DNA of 64,000 nucleotides from NCBI GenBank assembly GCA_000165345.1, contig CM000432.1, positions 192,001 to 256,000 of the forward strand, read 5' to 3'. Shown piece by piece: positions 54,698 to 64,000 of this stretch (position 1 is its first letter; each line of letters starts with the position of its first letter). The notes under the pieces were generated by a model. It saw only the letters and a program-made list of their open reading frames with translations, ran no database searches and was not told where the DNA came from. The position numbers and the translations under genes were made by a program.

Positions 54698-57600
54698 ATG
54701 AATACAGGTCTTGTAACAAGTAGTGATCCAATACTTTCATCCTCTTGGACAAAATACAAAGTTTTTAAAAAACTATATTCTGGTGGAAAAGTGGAATATG
54801 ATAATTATTCAAAAGTACTTTTTATGCTTTGTGATGGTTGTATTTTAGCTGTTTCAATAGAAAAAGGCCCATTCGTTATTTCAACAATTGGGCCTTATAA
54901 CGAAGATGAAAGTTTGGGAACTGAACATTCTGAAGAAATTGTCACTTTTGGATATTTTAATAAAAACATTAATAATAGATTAATACTTACAATTGGATCA
55001 AAAGGAATCTTTCGACTTTGGAAAGTTATTATTAAACATGATGAATTAGGAATTCTTAATTCTGTCCAATTTGAGTATTTGAGATCTTGGAAATCTGGTC
55101 AAGCTAGCATAGCAGAAATAGAATTTGACTCTACTGGACAATATGTTTCAACTGGTGGTACTGATGGTACAATTCAAATATATGATGCAATTGGAGGATT
55201 TACAACACATAATTTTAAGGCTCATAAATCTCTAATTACCAAATTAAAGTTTCATAATAAAAGGTGGCTTTTATTTTCAACTTGTGTTGAAGGATTTATT
55301 ATCATTTATGATTTAACAACAAATAAAATTATTGTAGAAACTAATTGTCATTATAGTTTAATCCATTCATTTGATTTATTTGAAATTAATTCAAATAGTA
55401 ATTCTCTTGGAGGATTAGTTACTTCTGGAGCTGATAATATGATTAATATTTGGGATCTTGATCAAATACCTTGTTCAGATTCAATTGGAGTATTTAATAA
55501 TAATACTTATAAGGATAACCAAGGAGACTTAAATGTTTCCAATAAGAAAAGAAAAAAGGACCATCATTCCAAATCTGAAAAAGACATGAATAAATTTGAG
55601 TTAAAACCAATAAAACAAATCCATACAACAGAGACTGCATTTTCTTTAAAATGTACCCCAAACGAACTTAATCTTAAAGATAATGGTGATAATGATAAAA
55701 TTAATCATAAAAATAGTCATAAAGTTAATTCAAAAAAGAAATGTCCATGGATTATTTTATCTGGTAATGAAAAATCTGGACTTCAAATTTGGAATCCAAT
55801 TGAAGGTTCTTCAATTAAAACTTTATCACCAAGCAGCTATTCTTCTAACCAGTCTGCAATTCTATACATGTTTTTAGACCATCAAAAAGAATCATTAAAT
55901 AGTAGGAGATCAGCAAATAGCTTTTTAATTTTGGTTACTGAAGATAGAAATATTGTAATTTTATCCTATCCAAGTCTTAAATTATTTACAACATTCTTTG
56001 GTAATACTCCTGATTACATCCAATTAGCTCTTTTTATTAATAATGATCCAAATAATCAGAGCTGTCTAGATTCAAAAGATAATTGTAATGTTGATATCAA
56101 TGACGATGATGATGATAATAATAATAATAATAATAATAGTGTTGGTACCGGTGATCATGATCGTGATAATATATTATCATTCAATGATAATAGCAAATCA
56201 ATAAGCTGTGTAATTCTAGATAGTACAGAAACTCCACAAATTATGTCTTTAAATAAATATCCATTTTATAAAAGCACTCTAATTGGTCATACAAGTACTG
56301 TTTTAACCATGGATATTTCCAAATGCTCCAATATCATTGCAACTGGTAGTAAAGATGAAACTATTCGAATTTGGTCCACTTATAACCAAGAATGTCTTTC
56401 AGTACTTACTGGACATACATCATTAATTACTGCATTATCTTTCCAAAAAAAGCCTTTTATACGTGGAAATACCAGCTTCTACTTATTTTCTGCTTCAAAT
56501 GATAATACTTTAAAGGCTTGGAATATTGCTAATGTAATGTCAAAAGACTTATCAAAATCTTGTAATAATGAATCAAATTCTATTATTGCTATACATAATG
56601 TAATAGCTCATAAGAAAGAAATTAACCATATTAATATATCCCATAATGATAAATTAATTTCAACATGTTCTGAGGATAAAACTATCAAAATTTGGTCTTT
56701 TCCTGATCTTAAACTTCAAGGAACTTGCAAAGGTCATCTTAGTGGTGTATGGCAATCTAGTTTCTCCCCAATTGAAAAAATTGTTGCAAGTGCTTCATCA
56801 GATTCTACCATTAAAATTTGGAATTTAAATAACTTTCAATGTACTAAAACTTTACAAGGCCATGATGGTTCAGTTCTACAAGTTGACTTTCTTGGAAATG
56901 GTCTTCAAATTATTTCTTGTGGATCTGATAATCTTATTAAACTGTGGAATATTAATACTGGTGAATGTATTAAGTCATTTTCTGGACATAATGATCGTAT
57001 TTGGACATTAAATCTACTTAAAGAATCAAATTTTACCCAATCTTCAATTAATAATAATAATCAAAAATCCAATCAATCCATATTAAATGATACTGGATCA
57101 TCATCTAGTTTACAAAAAACTAGATTTATGGTGACTGGTGGATCTGATTCTCAACTTATTCTTTGGATGGATAATACTAAACAAGTTGAAGATGAAAAAA
57201 ATCTTCAAAATCTTAAAAGAATTGAAGATCTTAATGAAATTGATATGCTTTTTAATAGAAAAGAGTATATTAATGCTTTAAATCTTTCTCTTGGACAAAA
57301 ATTACAATATAAAACTTATTTGATTCTTGAAAATCTCTTAAAGCCTTGTTTTAATCATGAAGAATTATTTAAAACACTCAATTCTGAGGAAAATTCCAAT
57401 GATACTACTACTCAAAATGAAATTAATTGCATTAAAAGTGTTGTTGAATGGATTAAGAGCTTACAAACTCAAGAATTATCAACTTTATTCACTTTTATGC
57501 TAGAATGGATTACGATTTCAAAGACTGTATGGATCTCTAATTCACTCATGTATATTATTTTATCAAAGATTGAAGCCAATAAACTTTATCAAATTGAAGG

Positions 57601-57826
57601 TTTTGTACAAATTGTGCAAGCATTTAGATCTTATAATACTAAGATCCAAGTTCATTTGTCTTCAATTTATCAGAAATCTTACATTTTAGATTATTTATTT
57701 CTTTCAAACCAAATTTCCCAGGCTAATGATCCCATTAACTTTAATAAAAAAGGAATTAATAATCAAAATAATTTAAAAGATCAAGCTCTTGGATTGACTT
57801 TAGATACTTTATTTAAAAACCAGTAA
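54698..57826 (+). CDS. UTP13: UTP13/TBL3-like WD40 protein (small-subunit processome / U3 snoRNP)
   Basis: 1042 aa. It has two blocks of WD40 repeats (for example ATGSKDETIRIWS, CSEDKTIKIWSF, ASSDSTIKIWNL, CGSDNLIKLWNI) followed by a C-terminal alpha-helical domain in the position of the Utp13 domain. Confidence 0.65.
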   Translation: MNTGLVTSSDPILSSSWTKYKVFKKLYSGGKVEYDNYSKVLFMLCDGCILAVSIEKGPFVISTIGPYNEDESLGTEHSEEIVTFGYFNKNINNRLILTIGSKGIFRLWKVIIKHDELGILNSVQFEYLRSWKSGQASIAEIEFDSTGQYVSTGGTDGTIQIYDAIGGFTTHNFKAHKSLITKLKFHNKRWLLFSTCVEGFIIIYDLTTNKIIVETNCHYSLIHSFDLFEINSNSNSLGGLVTSGADNMINIWDLDQIPCSDSIGVFNNNTYKDNQGDLNVSNKKRKKDHHSKSEKDMNKFELKPIKQIHTTETAFSLKCTPNELNLKDNGDNDKINHKNSHKVNSKKKCPWIILSGNEKSGLQIWNPIEGSSIKTLSPSSYSSNQSAILYMFLDHQKESLNSRRSANSFLILVTEDRNIVILSYPSLKLFTTFFGNTPDYIQLALFINNDPNNQSCLDSKDNCNVDINDDDDDNNNNNNNSVGTGDHDRDNILSFNDNSKSISCVILDSTETPQIMSLNKYPFYKSTLIGHTSTVLTMDISKCSNIIATGSKDETIRIWSTYNQECLSVLTGHTSLITALSFQKKPFIRGNTSFYLFSASNDNTLKAWNIANVMSKDLSKSCNNESNSIIAIHNVIAHKKEINHINISHNDKLISTCSEDKTIKIWSFPDLKLQGTCKGHLSGVWQSSFSPIEKIVASASSDSTIKIWNLNNFQCTKTLQGHDGSVLQVDFLGNGLQIISCGSDNLIKLWNINTGECIKSFSGHNDRIWTLNLLKESNFTQSSINNNNQKSNQSILNDTGSSSSLQKTRFMVTGGSDSQLILWMDNTKQVEDEKNLQNLKRIEDLNEIDMLFNRKEYINALNLSLGQKLQYKTYLILENLLKPCFNHEELFKTLNSEENSNDTTTQNEINCIKSVVEWIKSLQTQELSTLFTFMLEWITISKTVWISNSLMYIILSKIEANKLYQIEGFVQIVQAFRSYNTKIQVHLSSIYQKSYILDYLFLSNQISQANDPINFNKKGINNQNNLKDQALGLTLDTLFKNQ

Positions 57827-57946
57827 AATAAGTACTTTAATTTCTTCTTATTTCTTTCTTTATTTTTTTTCATCACTTTTTATTAGATATACTTTGAGTT
57901 GTATTATTTTATATAAGTATTTATTTATTAAATAAGCTTAAAACTT

Positions 57947-60022
57947 TTATAATGCTTGATAATTGTTTGCTGTATTATTATTACCATAATTACTATTCAT
58001 ATTAAATCCACTCAAAACTGAAATGATAAATCTCACTCCCTAAATAAATTAACATTGAATAAAGTGAATATAATTGTAAAAAAAAAGTTAGTTATTTGTT
58101 TTGTTAACTTACCTTTAAAACATATAATAATACAATACATGTAATAAAACCAATCAAAAACCAGACAATGTAACCTGCATTATATAAAGAATTTTCATTT
58201 AACATTTCAACAGAAATATTCTCAAGACTTGAAGAATCATCAGAAATCTTAATTTTTTCAATATTAGCATTATTAAATTCCATACTTTCTTTCTTATTAA
58301 TCTTTTTCTGTTGAGCAAATTTACTCTTTTTAAAGAATGTTGAAACCTAAGAAAAAAAAAGTGAAATAGTTAATTTTTGTATGAAATTTTGTTTTCTCTA
58401 ATTAATATATCAGGTAAACTTACATGACAAATTTCTTCTCCATAACATTCTTTTAATCTATTTGTTATAACTTGTCCATTATAAAGCAATCTAATATAAT
58501 AAGGTAGAGATTCTTGAACTAATTCTGCCTCATTGTCATCAAAATAGTCATAATTTTGTCTTTTTTCTATACTTAGTATTGGATTATTATATATCTCAAT
58601 GATAAATGTTGAAGCATATGGTGGCCAATGTTCATCCCAAATCTCTAAAGAAGCCAAAGTTGGAATAACAGTTGTATCATGTCCTGAAAATAAGATAAAT
58701 TTAGGTACTTTAATATGAACACCATCATTTAAAGAATAATAATGTTCATATTTATTACATAATGGATTAAGTAAATATTCAAAATTGGTTAAAGAATCTT
58801 TACCCTTGAAATTTGTACGTTGATTAATAATAGAACATAATCTCTTAATATTAGAAAATTCATCACTTTTGTTTTCATTAAATAATATTACATCCATTAT
58901 ATAATCTCTGACATCAAATAATAATCTGCTCATTTCAGATTTAGATAAAATTGAATCATTCCAAGTATATATTACAGATAATTCTTTTTCTATTGCAGAA
59001 ATAGTTCTATTTAGTAGATTATTTTCTATAAAAGCTTTTGGAAGCTTATTATGATTTCTTGTACAAATAGTTGTCATAATACAGTCCATAATATCACCAG
59101 GCCATAAATCTTTTAATAATGGAGTTCTAATCTTTTCTTCTAATTCTTGATATAAACTTTGATGTTTATCTACAATATCAAAATAAGACTTAGAACTTAG
59201 TGCAGCTTGAAGATGATCTGTAATATTTTCTACATTAGAATTTGCAAACAAATAATCAGACTGAATATCCATTGTATGTAGTGGAAATTTTTGAAATACT
59301 TTAAAAGTTTCCTCTTTGCCAACAAATTCTTCCAATAAACTGGTTAATAATGCAGCAGCAGAAACTGTAGTTCTTTGCATATCTGAAGATCTAATATATA
59401 TTTCATCTCTATAATTATGACCAATTCTTAATCCATTTCTTGTTACAAGATTTTCACCTTGTTTAAAATAAGCCTCAGCAAGTAGTTTTCCATTAATTCG
59501 ATGTTGTTCGTATCCTTGTAAGATTAGTTGACCCATTTTACAAGTTCCATTCAAGTTATTTTCCCATTGTCTAATATCATAATGTTTTGAGAATTCTAAA
59601 GTTTGTGTTCTGTTTCTCATATCAAAAGCCGCTGCTTGAACTGTTGTTACTAATTCGTCACAATTCCAACTTTGATTTAAACCTTCCCAGCATTTATGAT
59701 ACTTGGTTGGAGTTCTTGCACCATGTCTTATAATTGATTGAACTTGAATTAACTTCATTGAATCATATAATTTTGAGTCATTAATTTTGGGGATTTTTCT
59801 GGTTTTCTCAAATACGCTTGGCTCTGCACAAAAATTATAATATTCTGGACATAATCCATTAATAATACACTCTTGATCATTTTCTATAAAAAATTTATCT
59901 TGAGTAACTTCTTTCCATCTTTTGTTACTTAAATCACTATATTCATCCCTGAATTTTCCAAATACAACAAATTGATTCAGTATTAATTCAATTATAAAAA
60001 GTAATAATACAATTCTTTTCAT
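57947..60022 (-). CDS. secreted histidine acid phosphatase (branch-2 histidine phosphatase), paralogue 1, 3-exon model with a C-terminal transmembrane anchor
   Basis: Main exon 58424-60022 has a signal peptide (MKRIVLLLFIIELILNQFVVFG), the catalytic motif RHGARTP and the downstream GHDTT proton-donor motif. The track ORF stops 3' of a GTAAGT at 58423-58418. A proposed 78-nt intron (58346-58423) joins exon 2 (58113-58345), which encodes ...YIVWFLIGFITCIVLLYVLK, a TM helix. A proposed intron at 58040-58112 joins exon 3 (57947-58039), which encodes GVRFIISVLSGF...NNYQAL*. Confidence 0.7.
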
Positions 60023-60056
60023 TTCTTATTAGTTTCTGAGTTCCAGCTTTGCATAC

Positions 60057-60093
<37 letters not shown>

Positions 60094-60560
60094 AATATAT
60101 ATCTATATATAAATAAATAAATATATATATATATTAATATAATGTATATATTTATTTATATATTTTATTTAATATATACTTCCAATATTTATCTTCAATA
60201 ACTTTTTTTTTTACTTATTTTAACAAATATTCATATTATATTTCACGTGATGTTAATTTGAAGAAAAAAAAAATTATTAAAAAGTTATATTAACTTCTAC
60301 CTTTTTCTCTCTATTGCTTTTTTAATTTCTTTTTTGTTTAAATTTAGATTATTATTCACATTTTCACGATTTTGTAATTAATTCATAATTTTTTGTATAT
60401 TAAGTTAACATATTTTCATTAAATATTTATAATTTTTGTTTCTATAAATTTCAGATTTTTCCCTCTTTTTCTCATTTTTTTCCATATTAATTATTTATCC
60501 AAAAAAAACTTTCTGTTATTTCCTCTTTTTTTTTCTTGCATGCGCATATAATTCTTGAAT

Positions 60561-60587
60561 GCATGCATGCATTTTCATGTGGACGAA
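60561..60587. promoter_or_regulatory. GCATGCATGCATTTTCATGTGGACGAA upstream of phosphatase paralogue 1
   Basis: A copy of the 601-628 block, about 540 bp 5' of the 60022 start. TAGGCGGAAAAAAAAG follows at 60596-60610. Confidence 0.35.
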
Positions 60588-61104
60588 TTATTAATAGGCG
60601 GAAAAAAAAGTCAGTAGATTGTAGAGAGAAGAAAACAAAAAAAAATAAATAACTGATAATGAACTAATATAAAGTATAATTCGGTTTTTACATTAATTTG
60701 GACAAAATTGGTAAATTAATATACTAAACAGACCTCTAGTTTATCTAGAAAACTAATACTGTATGCTTAGAATATTCATTTTTAAAACACATATGATTAA
60801 ACATAATATTATTATTAAAAGAATAATTTTTACAAATGAAAATTCAATCAAATTTAAATAGATTGAATTTTAACACTTTGATCTAGAATTAATTGAATCT
60901 ACAAATTTCAAAATGTTCAATAATATTTAATTCACGCATATTCAATTAATTTCAGAATTTTCGAGATAACATTGTAAGAACAACTGACAATTTTAAAAAT
61001 AAGTTACATACAATTCCTTTGCAATTCTTTGACATGCAATTTAAATTAAAAAAAAAAGATGAGAATTAGAAACCCTTTTTTTTTGTAGTACTTTCACATC
61101 CCCA

Positions 61105-63153
61105 TTAATTTAAAATTAAAACAATAATTCCCTGTTTGATATTTTTGACAAGTTTTAAATATCTTTCAAAGTTTTTATTTAGACAAGATTAATTTGATTT
61201 CGATCTCATAGCCTAATTTATTGTGTTAATAGTTTTCAATTATAAGAAAAAAAGGAATACTTTATATATAACCTACCTTAATTGAATACAATATTATTAG
61301 GGAAGTTAAAGCCCCAAGTAAGAAAGACAAAGAGTAACTTAGGAAAGGAGTATTGATACGATAAACTCCATTGAAATTACCCTCAAGATTCTTTTGGTTT
61401 TTATTAGAAGAACCTTTAACAGAATCTGTCTCATTTAAAGATTTTTCATATTTATTTGTTGATTCTAATATTTCTTTTTTACCAATTTTTTCAAATTTGG
61501 CAAATTTACTTGTTTCGAAAAATTTGTAAGCCTAAAATTAAAATATTAAGTTAATTTAAATGACTTTCCATTAAATTAAAGAAATAAAAAACTTACATGA
61601 CAAATTTCGTTTCCTTCACATCCTTTTAATTTATCTGTTATAACCAATCCATTATATAATAATCTAACATAGTAAGGAAGATTCTTTTGAACTGATTCAA
61701 GTTTTAAAAGACTATTTGCCTCCCCTTTGTATTCCTGTTTTTCATAAGGATCATAATAAATCTCAAAATTAATAGTAGAAGCATAAGGTGGTAAGTGCTC
61801 ATCCCAAGCATGTAACGAAGATAATAATGGAATAACTGTCAAATCATGCCCTGAGAAAAGAATAAATTTAGGTGCTTTAATTTCCTTCTTGGAAGAATTA
61901 TGATACTCATATTTATTACATAAAGGATTGAGCAAATATTCAAAATTCATTAAAAGATCTTGGCTCATAAAAGCTTTGTTTAGAGCAGAATTTGAACATA
62001 ATTCCTTTATGTTTGATAATCCGTCATTTTTATTTTCATAGAATAATATAGCATCAAGTATAAAATCTCTAATTTCATACATAAATCTACTAATATCTGA
62101 TTTGGCTATAATTGAATCATTCCATGTAAACACAGAAGATACTTCTTTTTCTATTGTTGCCATGGTTCTTTCAAGTAGATTATTTTTATAAAAAGCTTCT
62201 GGAAGCTTATTATCATCCCCAGAACATATTGTCATAGATATACAATCAAGTAATTCAAATGGCCAAGATCTATTAAGATCATTTAATTTAGCATCTTTTT
62301 CCAATTCCATATATAAATGTTTACGATCTTCCAACAATTCTTGAAAATTTTTGGAGGTGAAAACATATTTTAATACTCGAGAATTGTCTACGAGGTTCTT
62401 ATTTGCAAACAAATATTCAGAATGAAAATCCATTGTATAAATGGGTAAATTTCTAAATCTTTGGAAAGTTTCTTCTTTACCAAAAATATTTTCTAATAAA
62501 CTTGTAATTAATGCAGCAGCAGAAACTATGGTTCTTTGTGTATCGGATGATCTAATATACATTTGATTTTTAAAATCACTAATTTCCAATCCACTCTTTG
62601 TTACCAAATGTTCTCCTTTAAAATAAGCTTTAGCAAGTATTTTCCCATTAATTCTATGTTGTTCATATCCTTGTGAAATGAGCTGACCCATCTTACAAGT
62701 ATTAGTTAAATTATTTTGCCATTGTTTTGTTTCATAATGTTTTGAGAATTTCAATGTTCGAGTTTTACTTTGTTTTTCAAAAGCTGAAGCGGAAATTAAA
62801 GATTTTAAATCACTACAATCCCAGTTTTGTTTATACCCTTCCCAACATTTAAATGATTTTACTGGAGTTCTTGCTCCATGCCTAGAAACTACTTGTAATT
62901 GAATTAATTCCAATCTATTAAATAGCTCTTCATCTCTTAATCTCGGGATTTTTTTAATTTCTTCAAGGTTGCTAGTATCTGCACAAAGACTAAATTCGGC
63001 AGGATTCACAATTTTTCCCAAATATCCATTTTCATCTACAACAAGATCACTCTCTAATGCATCTGAATTTGATGAAATTGTTTGATTCTTTCGCTCTTGT
63101 TTAATTACACAACCAACAAGGCTGAAAAATGACAGAAGTACAACAACTCTCAT
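61105..63153 (-). CDS. secreted histidine acid phosphatase, paralogue 2 (about 60% identical to paralogue 1), same 3-exon architecture proposed
   Basis: Main exon 61597-63153 has a signal peptide (MRVVVLLSFFSLVGC, where the track's first M is a GTG), the RHGARTP motif and the GHDLT motif. It has the same EICH|GTAAGT donor at 61596-61591. A proposed intron at 61532-61596 joins exon 2 (61277-61531), which contains the TM helix FLSYSLSFLLGALTSLIILYSI. A GTAGGT donor follows. The third exon (about 61105-61131, GIIVLILN*) is the least certain part. Confidence 0.6.
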
Positions 63154-63790
63154 TTCCACAGGAATCTTAATGTAACTGGATTCAATAAAACAAAAAAAAG
63201 ATTATTCGAAGTTATTTTAATAACTAAATTCTTGTCCTATTTTTCTCTAAGATTAGTTCGTATAGAATTTCAAATTTCTTTTCTTTCCAAAAAATTCCTT
63301 CAATTGATCTGACAAAAAAGGTGAGTAGAAAGAAAAATTAAACAAAGAAATTCTCCTTAAATGGTGTGTTTTTGTTAATATTAATCTGCTATTTCGAAAT
63401 CAAAACAACTAAATGTAATTAAAAACTAAACATGTTTTAAAATTCTTCAATCGTCTCCGTCTTGTCTTTAGCATTCATTTATTTTCAAATAAAAAATAAT
63501 TGAGCACAATTTTTGTATTTATTAAGTGGTTAAATTTTACATTGAACCACTTTTAATTTAACAAGTAATAAATTTACTGAATTTTAATAATTTTATCCAC
63601 ATTAAAATTTTAATTACGTGTTTGCATGCACATTTTTTTAAAAAATTATTAAATATACAAAATATTATTTTTCTTTTAAGAAGATTTTAATTAAAGAAAA
63701 AAACGAAAATTAATTATTAAAAAAATCGACGTTCAATTAAGTTTGAAAATGAATAATTATAGATAAAAACCAAAATTTGGATGTTTTGAA

Positions 63791-64000
63791 CTACTTTTTT
63801 TTTGACATATTTATTCTTAATGTAAATGGTTGTCTATTGTTGATATTTTTAATAAGATTTGGAACATTGTTAATGTTATTTCCATTATTATTATTATTAT
63901 TATTATTATTAGAATCTGTAATTTCAGAATAATTGTTACTAATATCACCAAATTCTTTTAATTTATCACAATTATTTTCAATGCATGATGTTTCGGATTC
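63791..64000 (-). CDS. 3' end of a minus-strand gene running off the window, Asn-rich with no recognised family
   Basis: An open frame from the window edge (…CIENNCDKLKEFGDISNNYSEITDSNNNNNNNNGNN…RINMSKKK*) reaches a stop near 63791. The coordinates are approximate. Confidence 0.3.
   Translation of the reverse strand, partial: ESETSCIENNCDKLKEFGDISNNYSEITDSNNNNNNNNNGNNINNVPNLIKNINNRQPFTLRINMSKKK

Overview
The window is AT-rich (roughly 27-32% GC), gene-dense nuclear DNA from a eukaryote, with about 28 protein-coding genes in 64 kb on both strands and no prokaryotic operon structure. Most large genes are single-exon, but several genes carry short spliceosomal introns (about 60-145 nt, GTAAGT/GTGAGT/GTATGT donors and TAG/CAG acceptors) that the supplied ORF track cannot see. 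Reading the ORF-poor gaps by eye recovered four additional or extended genes: a 5-exon UXT/prefoldin-like gene, a 2-exon SF3B5 gene, a 3-exon roadblock-like gene, and a 5-exon structure for a coiled-coil gene. The AT-rich intergenic regions contain sharply GC-rich islands that look like E2F sites (TTTGGCGCCAAA, TTTCCCGCCAAA) and GCATGCA motifs. Together with the compact single-exon housekeeping genes, this points to an apicomplexan genome of the Cryptosporidium type. This is my inference and was not checked against any database. Recognisable products are listed here. There is a partial NADPH-P450 reductase 3' end, a saccharopine-dehydrogenase-like oxidoreductase, ESF2/ABT1, NAP1, 2-Cys peroxiredoxin, a secreted protein with eight Kazal domains, ASF1, DNA topoisomerase II, a ZNF706/4F5-like mini-protein, a Yip1-family protein, UDP-GlcNAc pyrophosphorylase, CstF-50, ESS2/DGCR14-like, RPL24e, ADA2 and UTP13/TBL3. 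Less usual items are a 1439-aa protein with a ~1.3 kb EEEERLRK tandem repeat, a 2091-aa secreted protein with internal Cys-containing repeat modules, a 1246-aa WWE-domain protein, and a tandem pair of histidine acid phosphatase paralogues that appear to end in a C-terminal membrane anchor after two small 3' introns. I found no rRNA, tRNA, CRISPR array or transposon.
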